Source of the DNA: Mobula hypostoma
Lineage: Eukaryota
Length of the DNA: 64,000 nt
NCBI RefSeq assembly: GCF_963921235.1
Contig: NC_086097.1
Coordinates: 212,414,001-212,478,000, forward strand
Direction of reading: 5' to 3'
In this document: positions 50,602 through 61,754 of the stretch, piece by piece
How positions within the stretch are numbered: position 1 is the stretch's first letter
Layout: every line of letters begins with the position of its first letter
Translations under genes and position numbers: made by a program
The notes under the pieces: model-generated
The model's input: only the letters and a program-made list of their open reading frames with translations
What the model was told of the DNA's origin: nothing
The model's database searches: none

Positions 50602-51222
50602 CCAAGGGTGATTCATAAGTTCGCGGCTTAAGGTTGAAGGAGTCAATTTTAGAAAACTTAGCACATTTACTTTTCAACATAGTCCCCTCCTACATGTAGA
50701 CACTTAGTCCTGCGGTCGTGGAGCATACGGATCCCTTCTTTGTAGAAGTGGTCTACAGCAGGGGTGATTGATAAGTTTGTGGCCTAAGGTAGAAGGAGAT
50801 GAGTTATTAACTTCAAACTTTCTGCATTATCACTCAAAGAGTTGAACTGCACGTGCATGTAACGAGAGCGTCTTGGACCTCCAGATGGTCCACAGCAGGG
50901 GTGAATGATAAGTTCATGGCCTAAGGTAGAAAGCGATGAGTTATACAGCTCTTGTTACATGCACGTGCAGTTCAACTCTTTGACTGAAAATGCAGAAGGT
51001 TTGAAGTTAATAATTCATCTCCTTCTACCTAAGGCCACAAACTTATCAATCACCCCTGCTGTGGACCACTTTCTGGAGGTCCAAGACGCCGACTCCTACA
51101 AAGGGATTCGTATGCTCCATGACTGCTGGACTAGGTGTGTAAATGCAGGAAAAATGAATGTGCTAGGTCTTCTAAGACTGACTCCTTCTACCTTAGGCCA
51201 CGAACTTATCAATCACCCCTCA
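50602..51222. mobile_element. Mariner-derived palindromic non-autonomous element (MITE-like)
   Basis: TA flanks (50600-50601, 51223-51224); inverted ends gggtgatt.ataagttcg.ggc.taagg; mariner transposase C-terminus (GIRMLHD..TKC...GDYVEK*) in both arms. Confidence 0.88.
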
Positions 51223-51359
51223 TATATAGAATTCTGCTTTTGGCAGGTGAATACCAAAGCAAACATCCTTAAAACAAGCACTCATATTCAGATTGAACAA
51301 TTGGCTGGTAGAATAGTTGTGCCTCTAACAGTCGAATAAATGTTGACATATTATGTTTG

Positions 51360-54300
51360 AACAGCAGCCAATCAGAGACCACGAGTGAGAGAAGAGGTGA
51401 CCACACAAGTGCATTAAAAAGCAGCATTTCGGAGTTTGAATAACAGCCAATCAGAGACTGGGATTAATTCGCAAGGGCAAATAAAAATAAGGCAGGTGCA
51501 AGTAGAGCGGCCGTTGCAGCAGACAGCGTTAGAGTGGGGATTTGAAGCTTTAGCTCTTTAAGGCGTCAGCAAGGAGAGGCATGAGTGAGAGAAGGCGAAA
51601 AGCTGTAGGTAGATATCTTTTCAGTTTATTTATTGTTTCCTTCTTTATAATTGCATAGTTAGAGCAGTAGGGATGCCTGGCAGGATAATTGAATGCTCCT
51701 CTTGTAGGATGTGGGAAGGCAGGGAGACCTCCAGAGTCCCTGACGATTACACCTACAAGAAGTGCATCCAGCTGAAGTTTCTAACACTGCACTTAAAGGA
51801 GTCGGAGCTGGAACTGGATGAACTCCAGATCTTCCAGGAGGCTGAGGGGGTGATAGATAGGATATATAGTGGGGTAGTTACACTTTAGGTGCAGGACACA
51901 GGAAGCTGGGTGACAGTCATGAGGGTGAAGGGGTTAAGGAGCCAGTGCAGAGCAGCCCTGTGGCTATCCCACTCAACAACAGGTATATCACTTCGGATAC
52001 CACTGGGGGCGATGACAGAGGAAAGTCGCTGTGGTCAGGTCTCTGGCGCTGGTTTGCTACTGTGACTCAGTCTCTCTCTCTGGCTATCCACCCCATAGGA
52101 TGATGATCGTTCCTTTCAGTCAGTTAGTGGGGTTTAATAGAGGATACCCCACTCCTCAGAAAGGAACAGCGTGTGCGTGAGTGGATTTTAGGTGAGTAGG
52201 GGGTTGCACAGGTCCAGACCCACCCTCTCGACATCCCTTCCCGGATCCAGCGGCATGGTAGGGTCCAGGACGGCTGGGGGAAGTTCAGTTGCAGTGAATG
52301 GCCAGACCAAGCTTCGATGCAAGGGATGTCCTTTCCGTGCTTCACGGCACGTGTTTGCTAGATGGCCGTTGACCCTACGAGAGGGTTAATCCGCCCTTTG
52401 ACAGGTCTTGTTTTTCGTCCTGCAGGGTATCTAGCCTCCCGACTCACTAAGCAAGCCTGGTGACCATGCGACAGGTAGTACTGGGTTACGTGGTACCAGT
52501 AGCACTCAGACGAGTGACCTGACCAGAACTGTGACTCAGTAGGCAAGGGCAGAGAAGAGGCAGGCTGTGGTGATAGGCGATTTGTTAGTTAGGGGAACAG
52601 AAAGGAGGTTCTGTGGATAAGAACAAGATTCCCGGATGGGTTGTTGCCTCCTGGGTGCCAGAGTCTGGGCAATCTCGGATTGAGTCTTCAGCATTCTTAA
52701 TTTTGAGTATGAACAGCCAGAGTTCGTGGTCCATGTCAGTACCAATGACATAGGTAGGAAGAGTGGCGAGGTTCTACAAAGTGAATTCAGGGAGTTAGTG
52801 CTAAGTTAAAGTACAGGATCTGCAGGATTGTGATCTCAGGATTGCTACCTGTGCCACATGCTAGTGAGGACAGAAATAGGAGGATCATACAGTTTAACAA
52901 ATGGCCAAGGAGATGGTGCAGGAGGGAGGGCTTCAGATTTCTGGATCATTGGGCTCTCTTCCAGGGAAACCTGTACAGAAAAGATGGTTTGCACCTAAAC
53001 CGGTGGAGGACTAATATCTTAGTGGGAAGGTTTGTCAGTACTTCACAGAGAGTGGGGTGGTTTAATCTAGAGTTGCAGGGGGACGGGAACCAGAATGCCA
53101 GAACAGTTAGTAGAGTGGTTGTGGAAACAGATGTTGTTGAGACCTCAAAGTCAGGAATCAAAAGATTGAGCATGGTGGGGCTAATGTTCTGAGTTGTATG
53201 TACTGTTTTTCAATGGAAGTAGTATTGTCGGACAGATAGATGAGCTCAGAGTATGGATCAACATTGGAATTATGATATTGTAGCCACTAGTGAGACTTGG
53301 TTACAGGAGGGGCAGGACTGGCAGCTCATTATACCGGGGTTCCGTTGTTTTAGCTGTGATAGAGTGAGAGGGATTAAAAGCAGATGGGTGCCATTACTAG
53401 TCAGAGAAAATGTCATGACAGTGTTTAGTCAGGTCAGACTGGAGAGCTCATCTTCTGAGGCTTTATGGGTGGAACTGAGGAATGAGAAAGATATGACCAC
53501 ATTACTGGAGCTACTGTGTATTATAGACCACAAAACAGTCCACAGGATTTAGAGGAATTTGTAGAGAGATCGCAGACTGTTGCAAGATTTTGATAGTAGG
53601 AGATTTTAACTTTCCACATATTGACTGGAGCTCTCATACTGTAAAAGGACTAGATGGGATAGAATTTGTCAAATGTGTGCAGTAAAATTTCCTTAATTAG
53701 TACTTAGAAGTCCTAATGAAAGAATGTTGTGTGACACTTGATCTTCTAATAGGGAATGAAACAGGGCAGGTGACAGAAATTTGTGTAATTTGTGTAGAGG
53801 AACACCTTGTATTTAGCGATCATAAGCCATTAGTTTCAATTATGGAAAATGACAGGTCTTTTCCTTGGGCCAAGATTCTAAATTGGAGAAAGACCAATTT
53901 TGATGGTATCAGAAAGTGTGGATTGGGGCAGGCTGTTTTCTGGCAAAGGTGTACTCGGTAAGAGGGATGCCTTCAGAAGTGAACTTTTGAGAGTACAAAA
54001 TTTGTATGTGCCCATCAGGATAAAAAAAACAAGGATAACAAGTTTAGGTAACCTTGGTTTTTGAGAAATATTGAGGCTCTGGTTAAGAAAAAAAAGATGC
54101 ATAGCCAATATAGGCAGGTAGGAAGAAATTAGGTACTTGATGAGTACAAGAAGTGCAAGAAAACACTTAAGGAAGAAATCAGTAGGGCTAAAAAGAAGGT
54201 ATGAGGTTCTCTAGCAGATGAAGTGAAGGAGAATCCTAATGGCTTCTACAGATATGTTAAGAGCATAAAGATCGCAAGGGACAAAATTGGTCCTCTGGAA

Positions 54301-54840
54301 GATCAGAATTCTAATCTGTGTCTGGAGCTAAAAGAAATGGGGGAGATCTTAAATGGATTTTTTTACCTTCTGTATTTACTTGGGAGATGGGCGCAGAACC
54401 TATAGAAGTGAGGCAAAACAGCAGCAAGATCATGGACTTGTACAGGTTACAGAGAAGGTGATTGCTGTCTAAAGGCCAATTAGGTTGGGCAAATTCCCAG
54501 GGCCTGACAAGGTGTTCCCTTTAATGCCGTGGGAGGCAAACTGCAGAAATTACAGAGGCCGTAGCAGAGATAATTAACTTATCCTTAGCGACAGGAAATT
54601 ATAGGCTGGTGAGCCTAATATCAGAGGGTGATGAGAGTGTGGAACAAGCTGCTGGCACAAGTGGTGCATGCAGTTTCAATTTCAATGTTTAAAAGAAGTT
54701 TGGATAGGTACTTGGATGGGAGGGGTATGGAGGGCTATGGTCTGGATGCAGGTTGATGAGACTAGGCAGTTTAAATGGTTTATCATGGCCTAGATGGGCC
54801 AAAGGGTCTATTTCTGTGCTGTAGTTTTCTATAACTCTAT
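51360..54840 (+). mobile_element. Decayed CR1 LINE retaining 5' UTR, ORF1 (zinc finger and SGNH esterase), APE and 3' end; most of RT deleted
   Basis: IECSSCRMWE...YTYKKC; AVVIGDLLVRG...CCLLGARV; ISGLLPVP...DGLHLN; YDIVATSETWLQ; VGDFN; tail ctataactctat. Confidence 0.88.
52072..52527 (-). mobile_element. Non-coding retroposon (probably RTE-mobilised) inserted in CR1 ORF1
   Basis: 13-bp TSD actgtgactcagt (52059-52071, 52528-52540); (GA)n tail on the minus strand; CpG-rich; no credible ORF. Confidence 0.75.
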
Positions 54841-54899
54841 AGAATCAGGTTTAATATCATTCACATATGCTGTGAAATCTGTTGTTTTTGCAGCAAGAA

Positions 54900-55452
54900 A
54901 TGTCATCATGAGTAAAATTAACTACTGCTTGAGAAAGAACTTGGACCACCTCAATTTTCTTTCTGGCACAACAGGTCTACAGCAGATACAAACCCACTGG
55001 CTCTCTATTTAGCTTTGGAGCATCTAACAAACATACATCAGACTGCTGGTTATCAATCACAGCTCAGCATTCAACACATTATCTCCTCAGTGATAATCGA
55101 CAAGCCATAAAACCTGGGCCTACCATAGCAATTTTCTAATATATGTAAATGTACATGGTAAATAAAACTGTTCCTCGATTTTTGCTCTGCAACTGGATCC
55201 TCAGCTTCCTCATTGAGAGGACACAGTTAGAGTAGATCGATAATAACGTCTCCTCCTCAGTGACAATCTGTTCTGAATGGTCCATGAGTCCATGAAGAGT
55301 ACTTCATTATTTGTCTTTTTCCCTATTCCTTTACTTTTTGTAATTCAGCAACTTTTATAGTAATTTTTATGTCTTGCACTGTACCACTGCCATAAAACAA
55401 CTAATGTTATGACACATGTCAGCGATAATAATTCTGATTCTGATTTTGATTC
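54900..55452 (+). mobile_element. Decayed Rex1/Babar fragments
   Basis: YIRLLVINHSSAFNT-like segment; tail gataataattctgattctgattttgat. Confidence 0.65.
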
Positions 55453-56848
55453 AATAACTGTGGCTATCAGTACCTCATCTTGATCACATAGACAATGCCA
55501 CTTGTCCAACGTAGTTTGAAAGACCTCCAGAGATGACACTGTTAGGGAGCATTCTAGAGTTATGTGAATATAGCAGATATTAATTCAAACAAGAACCAGG
55601 CTCCAGTTTTTATTGCAGATGCAAGTAAGTTCAGGAAGCTTGCAATTAGTCTTCGGTTGTTGTGTAAACTGCAAGCAGTAAATTGAACTTAAAAGCACAG
55701 GCTGATCCACAGACTAAGAGATTGCATATACAAAGACCAACATTTAGGTAATGGGGTTGTGTTAATTGACTTGCATGAAACCAGGCAACAAGGCTAAGTT
55801 ATTTGCATCATTGTGACTTGAGTACAAGCTGGCAGACCAGGCTGATGTTGTCACAGGTACAGGCAATCAATAGTTTTTGTGTTCTTTCCATACTGTATTT
55901 CTGTGCTCAGAGAAAGCCCTGACAACATTAACTTCAGGTGTCTGGTTCTCTGTCATGAAAAGGTTTTAGAATATTTGGGTTAATCAGTTTCTCCCAAAGG
56001 TATTTGGACCTTTGGTGGTGTCTTATCAATTACAATGTGCTTACATTATGTATCTCAAAGGAACACTCTGTCAGCCCAAAGTATTGAAGTAAACAATGTT
56101 ATTGTAACTACTGATATTGTATTGAATCAGCTGTTGTTTCCTTTGACCTTAAGGGTATAAGAATGTGATAGACCTTTAGGTTTGTGAGCCGCTACCGAGA
56201 GGATCTCCAGTGTGATGCCTGTTTGTTGTGCTGCATAAAGACTTCTACATCACCAGCTTCAGTGTCTCTCCAGTGACTCCGGTCACAGGCACAACACCAC
56301 AATTTAATTTTGTGCACAAGTATAAACCCCAGGTATATTCATTTACAAAAACTGCAAACTTTCCTATACACTTTCTGCTGAGGAAATGTATGTGTCAGAT
56401 GTATTGCAATATGCACTTTGACTTGAATCAATTTTGCATATTAATCTTCAGAGGTAATTAATCAGTATCGCCCATTATCAACTGCCTGGCTTATATCACC
56501 ATGTAATCACCTAATCACCACAAAGGTAAAAACTTTTGTCACCAGCCGAGGACTCTCTTATTAAAGTGTGTGCATGAATGTACAAACACATTCAGACACG
56601 GACTCACACACAAATACTGTCACACACATCTAAACATCCTAAGTTGTTTACCATCTGCTTAGTCTCACTTTTCCGTGCTTGACATTAAGGTCCGTTTTCT
56701 TTCCCCACACAAACTCTCATCACCAGTCTATATTGTATCTGCAGGTTTTTATTCTAACATTATTTACTGCCTGGAATCAGGAAGTGAAGAGGGCTACTGT
56801 AACACATCCTCACTTTTGTTCCACTCTCCTTTTGTTCTCCTTTTTTTA

Positions 56849-56895
56849 TTCTTCTTCTTCTTCTTCTTGTTCTTCTTCTACTTATTATTATTATT
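56849..56895. repeat. Compound (TTC)n(TTA)n microsatellite
   Basis: Directly visible. Confidence 0.9.
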
Positions 56896-57329
56896 GGACA
56901 GATCCCCAGAACCAAGGATGACTTGTTCACACTGTGTGTCAGGAAATGTAGAGCAGACTTGATCTAAATGCAGAGCAGCAGAGATGACTTAACGGTGAGC
57001 GATCAGTTTAATAATAAACGACAAAATAACAAGCCATGCGGGGCCACAAAACAAGAGAGAATGAATACTTAACACAACAAGGCAACAGGTAACTGAAGAC
57101 TAGGAGCAAGTGGTTGAGGCTGGCTGTTTCGTAAGAGTGAATAAGGATTGTGGATGAGAGTTCGGTTTAAACAGGCTGCAGGTGAAACCATTTGTGTACA
57201 AGTAACACACAGGCGCAATTTTTACAGATACTCTTAAGTTGATAGTCGATCAGATACACAAAAGTATGGTCACCATTTGATATGGTGAATATACCTCTAC
57301 AGTATTATATTGTGGAAAGTTTGACTGAG

Positions 57330-57655
57330 TGGGAGCTTTTCTCTTTGGACCAAAAGAAGGTGAGAAGTGACTTGATATAAGGCACCGATAGAGTGGACAG
57401 CCAGCTTCTTTTTCCCGAGTGAAGGAATGTTTAGGAGAGATGTCAAAGATTTTCACAGAGAGTGAGAGGTGTCTGGAGAGCACTGGTAAAGGCTGATATG
57501 AAAGGGTTATTTAAAAGACTTTTAGATAGGCATATGGATGTATGAAAAATGGGGTGTTATGGACTGTGTATGAGGGGAGGGTTAGATTGATCTTGAAGTA
57601 AGTTTATGTTGGTCAACACATCATCATGTGCTGAAATGCTGATCTCTGTTCTATG
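57330..57655 (+). mobile_element. Old CR1 3' fragment
   Basis: gatagagtggacagccag...ttttcacagagagtg...tttagataggcatatggat...ctgttctatg. Confidence 0.65.
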
Positions 57656-59039
57656 AATAGCATCAAACACATGGCTGTTAAGAAAGAACAATTATTGAAA
57701 GTGAAGAGATAGATGAAACCAGTTCTGTTATTTGTAGAAATGGATATACATGTACGTCATACTTCTGAATTTAATAACATTATGGACTTTTATTTGTATG
57801 CATGGGTGTCTGTAACTTGGGCATTTGTAAAAAAAATACAGATGATTTCATTGTGGAAGGACCCATAGACTGTGACTTGTCCACTCTAAAGTAGGAAAGT
57901 AATTTGGTGGTTTTGCTGCTCTGAATGAAGGCCCATTAATGGAGAATAGAATGAACATCTGTAACTTGTCAGATGGATAACAATGACGCCTCTAAATGAT
58001 GGTGAAAGAAATCTTGAATCAAGTACAGTGATTTTGATACTAACAGTGAGACAGGGAACTGAAGTTGTGAGGAGTGTGGCTGTTGTTGGGAATAGGAAGA
58101 ATGGGTTTCCTTCAAGTCTTGCCAAAGATATCTTGTTTGCCTATCGTTGAGACATTATACTGCACACGGTGTCCCTGATGTTTAGCAGTCTGAGCCAAGG
58201 TTAGTAGTCATATTGTTCTTCATACTCAATTGACTTGAAACTAGTAAACCCATCAATCACAAAGGTATTACATTCTTTCAACATTATTTGTTACTTAAAT
58301 TCACATTTGGGTCTTTGAACCTTTCAACTTCTCTTAAGCTTTGGTGTCTGCCAATGTTCCCTCGAATTTGTAATGACCAATGTGCACAAAAATCTTGTGC
58401 TGTGCTATTTTTTGCCCAGTGACAACAGCATCTGCAAACTGAATAGTTTCTTCAATAAAAATGGCATAAATAAGCCAGTTCATATTATCACAAACTACAT
58501 TGTCAACACCGTCCACATCAGAAACTGGAAAAGGAAATGTGATTGTGCACGATCGTGACAACCTTTTGTGCGCAGTTTAAATTCCTTTACACAGTAGTAG
58601 CAAAAGATCTGTATGCGTGCACACACACACACACACCTTAGAGGGAACATTGGTGTCCGCCAACCAGCCCCTACCCTCATACGTGCTAAGAAAGTGGATT
58701 CCAGTTAATTGAGCCATTGGTTAATCTGGACAGCCACTTATTTAAAATAACCAGGATTTTCTTTGTTTATTTGGGATTCTCTGCCACTTACTTGGGACAG
58801 AAAACTTGTCAAACAGTTTCTAACTCATCTCGGTCGCATGCACTCGTCTGGCCATTGGACACTAACCTGTACTTAGTGTGAACAATTTTTAAATAGCATC
58901 AGTTGCATGTGTTTAGGATCAAAAAACTTTGATTTTGTAGCTAAAATCAGCTAATCGATCTGGTGCTTTTGTGATCTCCTGGGGGATTCAGAGAGTTGAG
59001 ACTGGAATGTGCACTGGTGGTCACTGATACCTGACAATG

Positions 59040-59635
59040 GAACGCGAACCCATGGTTGGCTCCATTTCTCTGCACCCGTTAAAGTATCAAGCAAGATTAA
59101 AATTGATGAGGATGAGATTGGAAAATGAATGGCTGTTCAGCACCGTCTGCCTGAGTTTGACTGGTCTCCCACTCGCTGCTGCAAGAGGAAGGTGGAGGAA
59201 TATTGGGTCCCAGGCTGCAAGGTTCGATCTTCTTGATGGCTCGTGGCTATGGACTCACTTTTCAGGGACTCCGGTTTGATATTTCATGTCTTCAGTGCTG
59301 AACATGGCTTTTGAGGACTCTGCAGTTCAAGTGTGTTTTGCTTCTTTCTTTATGCAATTTAATTGAGGCTCTGCGGCCACTTCCAGGCGCTCTGCGATAC
59401 TCTGCTGTTTGATAATTTTTAATGTTACATTTATTATTTACTCACTTTTTGATATTTGCATGATTCATTATTTTTTTTCATGTGTTGGGTGTTTGATGGT
59501 CTTTGGTGTGTGGGTTTATTCTTTAGACAGGTTCTGTGGTGTTTCTCTATTTTGTGGCTGCCTGCAGGAAGACTAATCTCAGGATTGTATAGAGTACACA
59601 TACTTTAATAATAAATGTACTTTGAAACTTTGAAA
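59040..59635 (+). mobile_element. Non-coding interspersed repeat with Rex1-type 3' tail (copy 2)
   Basis: Homologous to 29930-30462; ends aataaatgtactttgaaactttgaa. Confidence 0.65.
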
Positions 59636-60149
59636 GTTAGCAAGAAATAAGCAGTAAGACAATTCAGAACCGTTTTGTTCACAATAGTTTCAAGCATTCA
59701 GGCTTGGATATGCGAGAACTGGCTAGGAGTGAAAGCGAAACAATTTCACTACTTCAGCAAGTTAAGAACTATGAAGAATTTCAAAGTATGAGCATTCATC
59801 TTGAATGTTACAATGAAAATGAAGATTTGGAGGATGCAAGTTTCTAACTAGTGTCAGTTGCATTCACCTGTAAGACACTATACTGTGCTTGGGAGCAAAC
59901 GGTTTTTAAATAGCGTCAGTTGTGTCTGCTTGAGTTATGTTATTCATGACTGGGGCCGAATTAAAAAGCAGTGATTTTTGACATGAATTCATGCAGGAAG
60001 GCAAAGAAGGCAGAACATTATCTGTACTTGGTCTCTGCGCTGATTTTGTTCATTTACAGTCAATCAGACAAACACCACAGCATACACTGAATGAATTCCT
60101 CTGTCGATAACTATTAGAAACAACTAGTTTTACAGTACGGTATAAAACT

Positions 60150-60272
60150 GAATCCTGCTGAAGGGTTTCAGCCTGAAACATCTTTTCCATAGCTGCTGCC
60201 TGGCCTGCTGAATTCCTCCAGCGTCTTGTGTGTGTCACTTGGATTTCCAGCATCTGCAGATTTTCTCTTGTT
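60150..60272 (+). mobile_element. Penelope-derived terminal repeat
   Basis: ctgctgaagggtttcagcctgaaaca...ggatttccagcatctgcagattttctc. Confidence 0.75.
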
Positions 60273-60687
60273 AGTACTCTAGTAATATTGGTAGTGCTCT
60301 AATTTGTTCTGTATTTCATTTACATACATAATTTGTTACTTAGCTGGTCTTTTTCAAACTACTTCCATGAAACTTCGGCAAATTGGGGCAGCTGTTTAAT
60401 TGGATCAAAATGTACTGGTCCTGATGTGTCCCAATTAACCGTAATCCACTGTATATATCTTCCCAATGCATGCTTTGCATTCCTAACCTTCGCTCTGCTC
60501 ATTTCATGAGTGATTATAAAACATTGAAAGCCTCTTCGTCATCTACTTGAAGTTTGTTCTGATCACCTGTCAGATTTAAGACAGCTGCTATTTCAGCTAA
60601 ATTATCAACAATGACCCCATAGCAAAAGGCAAATCCTTGTTTAGCATTAGCCATATGCCACACAAATTCACGTATACAATCAAATCT

Positions 60688-60823
60688 AGTCCTGAGGAAG
60701 AGTCTCGGCCTGAAACAACAACTGTTTATTCATTTCTATAGATGCTACTTGACCTGCTGAGTTCCTCCAGCATTCTGTATGTGTTGCTTTGGATTTCCAG
60801 CATCTACAGACTTTCTCATGTTT
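60688..60823 (+). mobile_element. Penelope-derived terminal repeat
   Basis: agtcctgaggaagagtctcggcctgaaac...ggatttccagcatctacagactttctc. Confidence 0.75.
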
Positions 60824-61027
60824 ATAATAGTGTTTTATTATTCTCTATGTTAAACAGACATGATGAATGACTAAGAAAAGTACAGGTCAAGATGGACTAA
60901 TTTTAGTTAGAGGTGATTATGCATTAGTCATGAATATCACGCTTAAAAAGGATACAATTGATGAATTTCAAATAATCTCTCATAATCTATCGCTACCCAA
61001 ATATGATTTTTTTCAGACCGGGGATCT

Positions 61028-61497
61028 TCTGGTTTTCCTTTCATGATTTTTTAAATGCAAGGAGTATCATGAACAAAGCGGGTAAGCTTAGAGCATGGAT
61101 CAGTACTTGGAGCTATGATGTTGTGGCCATTACAGAGATTTGGATGGCTCAGGGGCAGGAATGGTTACTTAGAGTGCTAGGCTTTAGAAGTTTCAAAAGG
61201 GACAGGGAGGGAGGCAAAAAAGGTGGGGGTGTGACACTGCTGATCAGAGATAGTGTCACAGCTGCAGAAAAGGAGGTGCAGGAGCCTGAAGATCCACACT
61301 CAATGATTCAGAGACAGCTTCTTTCTTTCTGCCATCAGATATCTAAATGTTCCATGAGCCCAAGAACTCTACCTTATTATTCTTTTTTAAGATTATATTT
61401 ATTTCAGTAATTTATAGTTATTTTATGTCATTTACTGCTACAATAAAACAACAAATTTCACATTATATAAGTCAGTGATAATACATCTTATTCTGAT
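61028..61497 (+). mobile_element. CR1 APE N-terminal fragment abutting a Rex1/Babar 3' end
   Basis: FLNARSIMNK...YDVVAITEIW...DREGGKKGGGV, then from about 61273 caggagcctgaagatccacact...gataatacatcttattctgat. Confidence 0.75.
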
Positions 61498-61754
61498 ACA
61501 GTTTCTAATTGTCTCATGAACTCTTTACCTAGCAACTTAATTTAAGCATATTTCTGAATTCGTTTGCAATGATGAAGGTCTCCTTTGGAAGCTCAGATTC
61601 ATAAAATTATCTTTACACCATCTGCTGCCTTCCAGTATCTGATTAAGTCAGGGAAATTGTCAACGTATTTAATAAAATTTAAAATGGCCATTTATTCTCT
61701 TGGTTCTTTCATGTTGAATAATCAGAAAGTTTGCCTCAAAGATAGCTCATAGTT

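Larger units (their letters stand above)
58692..60451. mobile_element. Tigger/pogo-type (Tc1-mariner) non-autonomous DNA transposon with nested inserts
   Basis: Inverted ends agtggattccagttaattg / caattaaccgtaatccactg followed by TA; internal inserts at about 59040-59635 and 60150-60272. Confidence 0.7.

Noticed and set aside
55935..55965. TOX exon 2 candidate (minus strand ATGACAGAG, MTE)
   Set aside because: Surrounding codons and splice signals do not fit the expected exon 2 peptide.
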